A DNA stretch of 64,000 nucleotides from an uncultured Thermodesulfobacteriota bacterium. GTDB taxonomy: Bacteria; Desulfobacterota; DSWW01. Below, in pieces: positions 1 through 9,404 of the stretch; the stretch's first letter is position 1; the number at the start of each line of letters is the position of its first letter. Below the pieces are notes generated by a model. It was not told the origin of the DNA and searched no databases. It worked only from the letters and a program-made list of their open reading frames with translations. The stretch covers positions 350,710 through 414,709 of the forward strand of contig CAYLMK010000001.1 of the NCBI GenBank assembly GCA_964384945.1, read 5' to 3'. Position numbers and translations under genes: made by a program.

Positions 1-1
1 C

Positions 2-64
2 TCCTACCTGGGGCAATACTCCCGCAACGACCAGATCGACTTCCTCGTCCGTTTCTCCTTCTAA
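2..64 (+). CDS. 3' end of a probable DUF1302-family outer-membrane beta-barrel protein (truncated by the window edge)
   Basis: Frame 2 reads SYLGQYSRNDQIDFLVRFSF-stop. It has the terminal Phe and alternating pattern of a last beta-strand and resembles the C-termini of the two full DUF1302-like proteins here (GFLESRNELSFSFIWSF, GAFRDRDQVSFMLSYLLN). Confidence 0.55.
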   Translation, partial: SYLGQYSRNDQIDFLVRFSF

Positions 65-159
65 ACCGCAATCCCTGCCTCACACGGACCTTTCGGGGTC
101 TCCGTTGACAGACCTATGAGGTTTGTACATCGTATGTGAAAAGGGGCGCAATCCTACGA

Positions 160-365
160 CATACACGACGATCGGGTCACGCTTTCAGGTCGCCCTCCCG
201 AAGGAAGTGAGAAAACGTTTGAAGCCGAAGCCCGACACCGAGGTCGCCATCGAGGCCCGGGAGGATCCCCTCGCGCTGTCTCCCTTTCGAGACGGGGTCG
301 GAGAGGGTTGGGAAGAGTGGAGTCGGAAGCCGAGCGGAAGGGCCTGCGGACGGTGCCGATGGGAA
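160..365 (+). pseudogene. Degenerate AbrB/MazE/SpoVT-family DNA-binding (antitoxin-like) gene
   Basis: TTIGSRFQVALPKEVRKRLKPKPDTEVAIEARED fits the swapped-hairpin pattern (T.I..+FQ+.+PKE+R..L......V.+E). The frame then runs on into non-protein-like sequence overlapping the next gene. There is no clean ATG/RBS and no toxin follows. Confidence 0.55.
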
Positions 366-375
366 AACGGGAGGT

Positions 376-1182
376 TTGCGGATGGATATGCGGATTCACG
401 AACCGGTATTGCGCTTACACGGGCTTGTGGCCTGGCTGTCCATCCTCTTTTTGACGGCCACAGTCTCGACGGCCCCTGCCGACCAGGCCGACGCATACTG
501 GCATAAGGGAGAGGAGCTTTACGAAGCTCACCACCTCGCACCGGGACGGTTCGAGGAGGCTCTGGCGTATTACGAAAAGGCGGTTGCCCTGCGGCCCGGC
601 GATTACCGATTCCTCTGGGAGTTGTCCAAGCGGTATCAGATTTACGGGCAGACTCTCGGCGAGGATCAAAGGAGGCAGAAGCTCAAGGCCTGGAAGAAGG
701 GGGCCAGGCACGGCCGCCGGGCGGTCGACGCCGAGCCGAACGGAAAGGAGGGCCATTTCTACTACATGGCGAACCTGGGCGCCATCGCGCAGCTCAAGGG
801 AACGCTGGACTCTCTATGGCGATTTCCGAAGATCCGGAACCATATGGAAAACGCGCTCCGGCTCGACCCCGACTGGCCGCCCGCCTTGCTGGCCAAGGCT
901 CAGTACCTGATGGAGATCCCCGGGCTCTTCGGCGGGGACAAGGAGGAGGCCAGGAGCCTGCTTCAACGAGTGGTCGAACTCGACCCGGACCATCTGCCTA
1001 CCTATGTCGCGCTCGCGCGGCTCCTCACCCTGGAGGGCCGCTACGAAGAGGCGCTCGCCAGCCTGGACAAGGTGCTGTTGTGCGAGAAACCCCGGCACGT
1101 CGCCAACTACGTCAAGGTCGACCGCCCCCGGGCAGAGGCCGTGCGGGACGAGATCATGAAGAAGAGATCGGTCGCCCGCTGA
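376..1182 (+). CDS. Secreted tetratricopeptide-repeat protein (possibly TRAP TatT-component-like)
   Basis: Hydrophobic N-terminal signal, then TPR-like helices (ALAYYEKAVALRP, ALRLDPDW, VVELDPDH) and a PGLFGGD motif. The start may be a few codons downstream. Confidence 0.7.
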   Translation: MRMDMRIHEPVLRLHGLVAWLSILFLTATVSTAPADQADAYWHKGEELYEAHHLAPGRFEEALAYYEKAVALRPGDYRFLWELSKRYQIYGQTLGEDQRRQKLKAWKKGARHGRRAVDAEPNGKEGHFYYMANLGAIAQLKGTLDSLWRFPKIRNHMENALRLDPDWPPALLAKAQYLMEIPGLFGGDKEEARSLLQRVVELDPDHLPTYVALARLLTLEGRYEEALASLDKVLLCEKPRHVANYVKVDRPRAEAVRDEIMKKRSVAR

Positions 1183-1248
1183 CGGCGCCGGAAAAGGCCG
1201 CCGCCGCGCAGACAAGGAGGCGGCAGGGACCGGACGCGGGTCTCCCGC

Positions 1249-2040
1249 TCACCCGCCGATCACCGCGGTCTTCACGAACTCCCGGCAGGCGCAGCCGTTC
1301 CCTTCGATCCTGGGGATCGTCTCCAGCAGGAGGCGAATCACGTTCTCCGCGTTTTTCCGCATGATCTCGAGGATTCTCTCGATCGTCACGTGCTCTTCGG
1401 TCTCGTGCCAGCAGTCATAGTCGGTCGACATGGCCGCCGCCGCATAGCAGAGGCCCGCCTCCCTGGCGAGCGTCGCCTCCGGAACCGTGGTCATGTTGAT
1501 CACGTCGCATCCCCAGCTCCGAAACAGGTGCGACTCGGCCTTGGTGGAGAACCGGGGGCCTTCAATGGTCACCACGGTGCCTGTCCGGTGGTGCGGGATC
1601 CCCAGCCTGGCGGCGCTCTCGATCAGGAGCCGCCGCAGGCTCGGGCAGAAAGGCTCGGCCATGGGGATGTGACAGACCCTGTCCTTGTCGTAGAACGTGC
1701 TCTCCCGCCTCGTGGTCCTGTCGATGAACTGATCGGGAAACACGAGATGGCCGGGCTCGATCTCCTCACGAAGCGAGCCGCAGGCCGTGGAGGCCAGGAT
1801 GTGCGTGCATCCGAGCTCCTTCAGGGCCCAGACGTTCGCCCGGTAATTCACGGCGGAGGGATACACCGTGTGTTTCCGGCCGTGCCGGGCGAGAACGGCC
1901 ACCCGGACCCCCTCGATCTCGCCGCAGGTCACCGGGCTCGAGGGCTCGCCGTACGGGGTGCTGGCAACCCTGTCGGTCGGGTTCTTGAGAATGGCCGGGT
2001 CGTCCAACCCCGACCCGCCGATGATGCCGATCGCAGCCAT
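1249..2040 (-). CDS. mtnP: S-methyl-5'-thioadenosine phosphorylase
   Basis: Starts [11 protein letters not shown]; contains [69 protein letters not shown]. 263 aa from the ATG at 2040; 14 nt downstream of mtnA. Confidence 0.93.
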   Translation of the reverse strand: MAAIGIIGGSGLDDPAILKNPTDRVASTPYGEPSSPVTCGEIEGVRVAVLARHGRKHTVYPSAVNYRANVWALKELGCTHILASTACGSLREEIEPGHLVFPDQFIDRTTRRESTFYDKDRVCHIPMAEPFCPSLRRLLIESAARLGIPHHRTGTVVTIEGPRFSTKAESHLFRSWGCDVINMTTVPEATLAREAGLCYAAAAMSTDYDCWHETEEHVTIERILEIMRKNAENVIRLLLETIPRIEGNGCACREFVKTAVIGG

Positions 2041-2054
2041 GACGTTCCTCCTGT

Positions 2055-3101
2055 TCACGCCTCCCCCTCGCTCGCCCATCGATCGAATGCTTCCTCGTAC
2101 GGTGCACGGGCGATCCCCCTTTCCGATACGACGGCCGTCACGTAGGTGTGAGGAGTGACATCGAAGGCCGGGTTGTAAGCCCGCACCGACTCGGGCGCGA
2201 TACGGATCCCGGCCACCGAGGTGATCTCCTCCGGCGACCTTTCCTCGATGGGGATGTCCCGGCCGCCGGCAAGGCTGCGGTCGATCGTCGAAAAGGGGGC
2301 GGCAACATAGAAGGGGATTCCGTGCGTCTTTGCCGAAATCGCCACGCTGTACGTTCCGATCTTGTTTGCCACGTCGCCGTTGCGCGCGATGCGGTCCGCC
2401 CCCACGATCACGCAGTCGATCATGCCCTTTCGCATCACCCACGCCGCCGTGCTGTCGCTGATGAGCGTCGTATCGATGCCGTTCTGCATCAACTCCCACG
2501 CGGTCAGCCTCGCCCCCTGCAGCAGCGGTCTCGTCTCGTCGGCGAAGACACGGATCTTCTTCCCCTGCTCTTTCGCCGCGTAGACCACCCCGAGGGCCGT
2601 GCCGAAATCGGCCGTGGCCAGCCCGCCCGCATGGCAATGGGTGAGCACGGTCATCCCGTCCTCGAGCAGCCCGGCCCCGTTCGATCCGATCCTCCGGCAG
2701 ACCGCCCTGTCCTCCTCCTGGATCCGCAGCGCCTCGTCCAGCAGGCGCCTCCTGGTTTCGGAGACACCCGCCGTCCGGGCCTGCTCGGCCACGTTGCGCA
2801 TCCGGCCGAGGGCCCAGAACAGGTTGACGGCCGTGGGGCGGGTGGCCGCGAGCCGTTCAAACGTCTTCTCCAGTTCCCGAAGGAATCCTTCCGGCCTCTC
2901 CCCGCGAATCTCCCCCGCCCCGACGACCACGCCGAAGGCCCCCGCGATCCCGATCGCCGGGGCCCCGCGCACGCGGAGGCTCTCGATCGCCTCGGCGATC
3001 TCTTCCACGCTCCGGCACTCCCTGTATGTCAGCCGACCGGGAAGCATCGTCTGATCGACGAGCTCCAGGCAGCCTTCTTTCCAACGCATCGTCTCGATCA
3101 T
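2055..3101 (-). CDS. mtnA: S-methyl-5-thioribose-1-phosphate isomerase
   Basis: [62 protein letters not shown] and YNPAFDVTP are eIF2B/MtnA family motifs. Confidence 0.95.
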   Translation of the reverse strand: MIETMRWKEGCLELVDQTMLPGRLTYRECRSVEEIAEAIESLRVRGAPAIGIAGAFGVVVGAGEIRGERPEGFLRELEKTFERLAATRPTAVNLFWALGRMRNVAEQARTAGVSETRRRLLDEALRIQEEDRAVCRRIGSNGAGLLEDGMTVLTHCHAGGLATADFGTALGVVYAAKEQGKKIRVFADETRPLLQGARLTAWELMQNGIDTTLISDSTAAWVMRKGMIDCVIVGADRIARNGDVANKIGTYSVAISAKTHGIPFYVAAPFSTIDRSLAGGRDIPIEERSPEEITSVAGIRIAPESVRAYNPAFDVTPHTYVTAVVSERGIARAPYEEAFDRWASEGEA

Positions 3102-3181
3102 TGCGGTTCTCCGGCAGACCCCTTCGAAGGGCGGGGCCGAGCCATTCCTTGTAGTATGGGGCGGAGAAACATGTCAACACG

Positions 3182-3625
3182 CTACGGGCGGGAACGAAAA
3201 CGCTCTTCCAAGAGCCGGATTTCCCTGTCGGCCTGCGCTTCCGCGAACCCTGCGGCCAGCAGGCGGTCCGCCCAGGGACCGATCAGCGGCCAGCCCGAGC
3301 GGAATTCGATTACGAAGGAGAAGAAGGTCCCCTTCCCGTCGGCGCGAAAGGTCCTGTTCTCCACCGCGGGTACGAAGGCGTCCAGGCTCGTGGCGATCCG
3401 CTCGTTCTCCTTCAGGTCCGTGATGGTCAAGACCGGCCGGATCCTGATCCCGAACATCGAGAAGGTCAGCTCGAAACGGGATCCTGTTCTGGGGAGGCCG
3501 TCCGTAAGGGGCCGCACCCGAAGGACCGCGGGGTTGTACTCGGCCAGGGTCCGGAAGTCGGCGATGTAGGCGAAGACCTCGCCGACCGGCGCACCGAATC
3601 GAGTCGATCGTTCTATCCGGGCCAT
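3182..3625 (-). CDS. SRPBCC (START/polyketide cyclase-like) family protein
   Basis: 147 aa; IERSTRFGAPVGEVFAYIADFRTLAEYNPAV start, beta-rich core and C-terminal helix typical of SRPBCC; 18 nt downstream of the fadL-like gene. Confidence 0.8.
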   Translation of the reverse strand: MARIERSTRFGAPVGEVFAYIADFRTLAEYNPAVLRVRPLTDGLPRTGSRFELTFSMFGIRIRPVLTITDLKENERIATSLDAFVPAVENRTFRADGKGTFFSFVIEFRSGWPLIGPWADRLLAAGFAEAQADREIRLLEERFRSRP

Positions 3626-3643
3626 CGATTCTCCTGCTGCCCC

Positions 3644-4975
3644 TCAGAAGTACCAGAGGCATCCGGCCCCGTAGGTCTGGCTGAAGAGCGTGTACTGGCC
3701 GGCCGGCCTTCCGACCGGGTCCGCCCGGTCATCGAAGCCCTTTTCCCTCCAGACGCCCGGCGATATCACGGCGAGAAGGTGGACGCTCAGGTTTGTCCAG
3801 GCATAACCGATGCCGCAGGCGAAATTGTGCACGTCCGTGTCCCAGCTCTGGTAGCTCAGGAAGGAAATGTCCTCGAGGTTCTTCGGAGTGTACATGTACC
3901 CGAACCGCAGGGACCAGTGCGATCTGAGGCTGTACTCGGCGCCGAGCATGAACTTGACCGTGTCCTCATAGCCGGTCCTGACCGCCTGGGTGAAGCGCAA
4001 CTCTTCAAAGGTGATGCGGATCTCTTCCGTCCTTCCCCAGCCGTTGTACTGAACGTCCCCGGCCAGCACCAGGCCGCGGGCGGGCCGAAGCGCAATGCCC
4101 CCGGTGACCAGATAGGGCAGATCGAACCTGACCTCCAGGTCGGAATGGAGACAGAGGGCCAGGGGGTCCCTCAGGTAGACCACGATGTCGGCAGGCCCTG
4201 TCAGCTTGGCGTCGGTCGCGCTCCTCATGGAAAGCCCGAGGCTCAGCCATTTCGTGGGCCGGTACAGGGCGCCCACGTTGTACCCCAGGAAGAATCCCTT
4301 TGCGTGGAAGTCCTGCTCGAACCTGAGGGGGATGTACCGGATCAGGTCGAAAACGGGCAGATCCGGCAGGGAGGCGGCCGCCTCGGGCAGGAAGAGGCCG
4401 AGCGGGATTCGATCGCCGCGGGTCTTCGACTTCATGTAGCCGAAGTAGACGTTCAGTCCGGCGCCCACGGCGAACCTCGGGGTGACGGCCACGGCGAAGC
4501 TGGGGGTCACGGAGGCAACGGCCAGAAACTGATCCATCTCCAGGCCGAACACGTCCCGGTCCCATGAGCCGGCCAGCCCGCCGTAAGGGACGTAGATGCC
4601 GATCCCGGCCGAGAACCGGTCGAAGAACCTGCGATAGTAGAAAAGATCCGGCAGAACTCCCTGCAAGGTAGAGGTTCCGCCGGTCTTGCCGGACGGAGAG
4701 GTGTGCCCCTCGGGAAACCGGTATTTCAGGTCGGTCGTGCTGTAGCGGGCCGTCACGGAAAGGCCCTGTCTTCGGTCCAGGAGCGCCACGCCCGCCGGGT
4801 TGTAGAAGATGGCGCTCGGGTCGTCGGCCAGCCCGGCAAACGCGGTGCCCATGGCGGAGGCCCTGGGGCCGACAATCCCGTTGTCGAACCCCCCTGCCAT
4901 GCATCTTCGGTCGCACCCCCCGGGCAACACGCAGCAGATCACCGCCGCACAGACCAGAAAATCTCTTCCCCGCAT
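3644..4975 (-). CDS. OmpP1/FadL/TodX family outer-membrane long-chain fatty acid / hydrocarbon channel
   Basis: Signal peptide followed by GPRASAMGTAFAGLADDPSAIFYNPAG (FadL hatch motif), SAGIGIYVPYG, and a C-terminal aromatic residue (LWYF). Confidence 0.88.
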   Translation of the reverse strand: MRGRDFLVCAAVICCVLPGGCDRRCMAGGFDNGIVGPRASAMGTAFAGLADDPSAIFYNPAGVALLDRRQGLSVTARYSTTDLKYRFPEGHTSPSGKTGGTSTLQGVLPDLFYYRRFFDRFSAGIGIYVPYGGLAGSWDRDVFGLEMDQFLAVASVTPSFAVAVTPRFAVGAGLNVYFGYMKSKTRGDRIPLGLFLPEAAASLPDLPVFDLIRYIPLRFEQDFHAKGFFLGYNVGALYRPTKWLSLGLSMRSATDAKLTGPADIVVYLRDPLALCLHSDLEVRFDLPYLVTGGIALRPARGLVLAGDVQYNGWGRTEEIRITFEELRFTQAVRTGYEDTVKFMLGAEYSLRSHWSLRFGYMYTPKNLEDISFLSYQSWDTDVHNFACGIGYAWTNLSVHLLAVISPGVWREKGFDDRADPVGRPAGQYTLFSQTYGAGCLWYF

Positions 4976-5184
4976 GGGCGTCCCCCCCCGCGTTCAGCCG
5001 CCGCCGAGAAGACCCGAGAGGATCTGCGGGCCCGGCTTCTTCGCGAGCCCGGGCACGATGGAGGTCCCATTGTGGCAGAACAGATGTGCGGTTGCAAAAA
5101 AGGGCCTGAGGGGGCGGGGCTCGCGCTGCCGGTCCCTGGGCGGACCGGAAATTTAATACATTTTTGTGTTATTCATCTATTATT

Positions 5185-5200
5185 ACAACATTGATGTTGT
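5185..5200. promoter_or_regulatory. Palindrome ACAACAT-TG-ATGTTGT in an AT-rich tract; candidate enhancer (UAS) for glnK-amt
   Basis: Perfect 7-2-7 inverted repeat about 100 bp upstream of a -24/-12-like element; it shares the CRACAT-N2-ATGTYG pattern with the sites upstream of glnA. Confidence 0.55.
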
Positions 5201-5298
5201 TTTCTTCCTTCCCGTTCCGGAGGGACCGATCTCGAGGAGGATCAGAAAATGCATTTGTATCGGCCGATTGCATTTGCCTTCCCTCCCTCTGCCCCCTG

Positions 5299-5700
<402 letters not shown>

Positions 5701-5718
5701 GGCGGAGGTGAGAGGAAA

Positions 5719-7020
5719 ATGAAAAACAAGCCTGTCGTACTGAGTATTCTCCTTTTCCTTCTGCTGTCGGGCGCAAACGCGGCCGCCCAGGAGGAGCCCA
5801 CCCTGGACACGGGAAACACGGCCTGGATGATCGTTGCGACGGCCCTCGTGATGTTCATGACGCCCGTGGGGCTTGCCCTATTCTACGGAGGAATGTCGCG
5901 GTCCAAGAACCTGCTGAATACCTTTGGGTTGAGTTTCACTTCGTATGTCATCGGGTCTGTGCTGTGGATGGTATGCGGCTACACGCTCGCCTTCGGCCCG
6001 GACCTGGGAGGCGTTCTGGGCAGCCTGTCCCATTTCTTCCTAAACGGCATCGGGGTGGAGGACCTCTCCGGAACGATCCCCACGTTTCTATTCGTCGTGT
6101 TTCAGATGACCTTTGCCGGCATCACGGTCGCGCTGATCAGCGGATCCGTGGTTGAGCGGATGAAATTCTCTTCCTGGCTCGTCTTCGCCGCCCTGTGGCT
6201 GCTCTTTGTCTACTCGCCGGTCTGCCACTGGGTCTGGGGCGGGGGATGGCTGGGTGCCCACGGGGCCCTGGACTTCGCGGGAGGAACCGTGGTGCACGTG
6301 AACGCCGGTGTCTCCGGCCTGGTCCTCGCCCTCATGCTCGGCAAAAGGAGGGGATACGGCAGGGAGCCGATGTTTCCCTCGAGCATTGTGCTGACATCGG
6401 CGGGCGCCGCCATGCTTCTGTTCGGCTGGTTCGGCTTCAACGCGGGCAGTGCACTCGCCTCGGACGGCATCGCCGCGTCCGCGTTCCTGGTCACGAACAC
6501 ATCCGCCTGCATCGGAGCCCTGACCTGGATGTTGGTCGAGTGGATCGTCCGGAAGAAACCGACCCTCCTGGGGCTTGCATCCGGCCTTGTCGCCGGGCTT
6601 GTCGGCATCACACCGGCTGCTGGCTTCGTGGATCTCTCCGGGGCCTTTGTCATCGGGATCGGCTCAGGCATCGTAGGCTATCTTGGCGTGGCCGTCCTCA
6701 AGCCGAAACTGGGATTCGACGACTCCCTGGATGCCTTCGGCGTGCACGGTCTCTGCGGCATCTGGGGCGCCCTTGCCACCGGTGTCTTCGCAAACCCTGC
6801 GATCAACGAAGCGGGTACCGGGTTCCTGTACGGAAACCCCGGGCAGGTCGCGATTCAACTGGTGGGGGTGGCGGCAACCATCGCTTATGCAGCCGTGGCC
6901 ACCTTCGTCCTGGCCTCGATCACCAAGGCGGTTACAGGGGGACTTCGCGTGAGCGATGAAGAGGAGGTCCAGGGACTGGACAGCGCGGCTCACGGCGAAA
7001 GGGCCTTTATGCTGCAGTAG
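5719..7020 (+). CDS. amtB: Ammonium transporter (Amt family), copy 1
   Basis: FYGGM, LDFAGGTVVH, LFGWFGFNAGS, FDDSLDAFGVHG; both conserved His present; N-terminal signal-like peptide. Confidence 0.95.
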   Translation: MKNKPVVLSILLFLLLSGANAAAQEEPTLDTGNTAWMIVATALVMFMTPVGLALFYGGMSRSKNLLNTFGLSFTSYVIGSVLWMVCGYTLAFGPDLGGVLGSLSHFFLNGIGVEDLSGTIPTFLFVVFQMTFAGITVALISGSVVERMKFSSWLVFAALWLLFVYSPVCHWVWGGGWLGAHGALDFAGGTVVHVNAGVSGLVLALMLGKRRGYGREPMFPSSIVLTSAGAAMLLFGWFGFNAGSALASDGIAASAFLVTNTSACIGALTWMLVEWIVRKKPTLLGLASGLVAGLVGITPAAGFVDLSGAFVIGIGSGIVGYLGVAVLKPKLGFDDSLDAFGVHGLCGIWGALATGVFANPAINEAGTGFLYGNPGQVAIQLVGVAATIAYAAVATFVLASITKAVTGGLRVSDEEEVQGLDSAAHGERAFMLQ

Positions 7021-7074
7021 CGGCCCCACGCCTCGGCCTCCCCACAGAAAGGTGAAAGGGAAAAGGGTTGTTTC

Positions 7075-7227
7075 ACAGGCGAAAGGGAAAAGGCGAACGG
7101 GTCACGCGGCGGTTGACGTTTTGAAAAGGCGTTCCAAAGAAAACAAATAGCCCTACAACGTCAAGAATTCCCTTGCTCCCGTTTTCCACACTGCATCCGT
7201 CCCTTTCGCCTTTGCCCTTTCGCCTGT
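7075..7227. repeat. Imperfect 27-bp inverted repeat pair (7075-7101 and 7201-7227) built from AGGCGAA/AGGGMAA heptamers
   Basis: ACAGGCGAAAGGGAAAAGGCGAACGGG versus the reverse complement of 7201-7227 (ACAGGCGAAAGGGCAAAGGCGAAAGGG): 2 mismatches in 27; lies between two convergent genes. Confidence 0.75.
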
Positions 7228-7272
7228 CCGGTCTGGCCCCTGATCCCGGACCCCTCATGTTGATTGCGTCCG

Positions 7273-8802
7273 CTAGCCTCTGTACTGACGGAAGTCCACC
7301 CCATACTTCCTGGCCTTGTAAGCGAATTTCCGCTCCGTCAACTTCACCAGCTGCGCCGCCTTGGCCATGTTGCCCCGCGTATTCTTGAGGGAGTCGATGA
7401 TGATCTCCCGCTCCAGGTTCGCCACCGCCTCCTCCAGGGACTGGGTCGGCACGGTATCCGACTCCTCGCCTGTCTGCAGGGTGGGCGGGAGATGGTAGCT
7501 GTGCACGACGTTCCCCTCGCAGAGGAGCACGGCCCTCTCGATGCAGTTCTCCAGTTCGCGCACGTTGCCGGGCCAGTGGTACTGCATCAGCATGTCGATG
7601 GCCGGTGTGGAGAGGCGACGGATATCCTTCTGGTTCTCCCCGGCGTACTTCTCGAGGAAGTGGTTTGCAAGCAGCAGGATATCCGTCTTTCGCTCCCGCA
7701 GGGGAGGCATGTAGATCGGAAAGACATTCAATCGATAGTAGAGATCGCCCCGGAAGGTCCCCTCTTCGACGGCCCTCTCGAGGTTCTTGCTCGTCGCGGC
7801 GATGATCCGGACGTCGGTCTTGATCGTCCGGTTTCCCCCGACCCGTTCGAATTCCCTCTCCTGCAGCACCCGCAAGAGGTTCGACTGCACATCCAGTCCG
7901 ATGGAGCCGATTTCATCCAGGAAGATCGTGCCCTTGTGGGCCAGCTCGAACTTCCCCTGCTTCTGCCGGATGGCGCCCGTGAAGGCGCCCTTCTCGTGCC
8001 CGAAGAGCTCGCTCTCGATCAGGTTGGCCGGCAGGGCCGCGCAGTTGAGCTTGACGAAGGGCTGCTTGGCGCGCAGGCTGTTGTAGTGGATCGCGTTCGC
8101 CGCCAGCTCCTTCCCTGTCCCGCTCTCCCCCCGGATCAGGACCGTGGCATTGCTCCGGCAAACCTGCGAGATCATCTGGTAGACCTCGCGCATCTTGTTG
8201 CTGTTGCCCACGATGTTTTTGATGCTGTGCTTGACGGCGAGCTGTTCCTGAAGCCGGAGGTTCTCCAGACGGAGGGTTTCCTGTTCCATCTGGAGGGTCT
8301 CCAGGTTGATCACCCTTTGCGCCAGCATGGTGGCGATCACCTCGAGACGCCGCACGCTCGCCTTCAGGTCGGCCGAGGGATCGAACGGGAAATCCGTGCT
8401 CAGGGTCCCGACCACCTGGCTTCCCTTTTGAATGGGCACGCACAGGAAGGAGAGCTCCTCCTCCCCCCGCCTCCGCCTGCCCGTCCGGTCCAGGAAAAGA
8501 GGCTCCTCGCTGATCTTCGGGACGATGATCGGTTTCCCCTTCTCGATGACCCGGCCCGTGATGCCCTCTCCCAGCTTGTACCTGCCGCGCTCCATCTCCT
8601 TGGGGGTGAGCCCGTGGGCCACCTCGATGCGGATCTCGTTGCGCAGGGGATTCAGGATCGTGATGGTGCCCCGCTTCATGTTCAGGGATTCCGACAGGAT
8701 CTCCAGCACCAGGTACAACGACTTCCTGAGGTCGATCGTCGAGTTCAGGGCCTTGACGATCTCGTACAGGAACGTGATTTCTTGGATGTCTTCCTTTTTC
8801 AT
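7273..8802 (-). CDS. NifA-type sigma-54-dependent activator (GAF - AAA+ - Fis-type HTH)
   Basis: GAF domain ([17 protein letters not shown]), Walker [32 protein letters not shown]-terminal HTH; no receiver domain. Start at 8802 or 8811. Confidence 0.9.
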   Translation of the reverse strand: MKKEDIQEITFLYEIVKALNSTIDLRKSLYLVLEILSESLNMKRGTITILNPLRNEIRIEVAHGLTPKEMERGRYKLGEGITGRVIEKGKPIIVPKISEEPLFLDRTGRRRRGEEELSFLCVPIQKGSQVVGTLSTDFPFDPSADLKASVRRLEVIATMLAQRVINLETLQMEQETLRLENLRLQEQLAVKHSIKNIVGNSNKMREVYQMISQVCRSNATVLIRGESGTGKELAANAIHYNSLRAKQPFVKLNCAALPANLIESELFGHEKGAFTGAIRQKQGKFELAHKGTIFLDEIGSIGLDVQSNLLRVLQEREFERVGGNRTIKTDVRIIAATSKNLERAVEEGTFRGDLYYRLNVFPIYMPPLRERKTDILLLANHFLEKYAGENQKDIRRLSTPAIDMLMQYHWPGNVRELENCIERAVLLCEGNVVHSYHLPPTLQTGEESDTVPTQSLEEAVANLEREIIIDSLKNTRGNMAKAAQLVKLTERKFAYKARKYGVDFRQYRG

Positions 8803-8963
8803 GCCGCGCATCCGACAGACCGAAACCCCCGCGGATTCCGTTCTTGTGAAAGGCACTCCAATTTTGTCGTTTTCAACCCAAGTCTACACAAAACTGTTCC
8901 CGTTGCAATAGCCATCCGAATCCGACGGGGGGTCCCGGCGTGAGATCAGCCGATTTCACTTGA

Positions 8964-9347
<384 letters not shown>

Positions 9348-9404
9348 GGGCCGGGGATCGGCGGCAGATGCCCGCCTGGGACCCCGGCCTCCTGCAGGCC
9401 GTTT

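Noticed and set aside
105-133. Sigma-70 promoter from TTGACA at 105-110
   Set aside because: No acceptable -10 hexamer at 16-18 bp spacing.
7273-8802. Calling the activator nifA and inferring nitrogen fixation
   Set aside because: The architecture is NifA-like, but there are no nif structural genes in the window and no TGT-N10-ACA site at the candidate promoters.
8936-8951. GG-N10-GC match (CGGCGTGAGATCAGCC) upstream of glnB as a sigma-54 promoter
   Set aside because: Only the two dinucleotides match; both flanking boxes are poor and only a half-site of the enhancer motif lies nearby (about 8856-8869).
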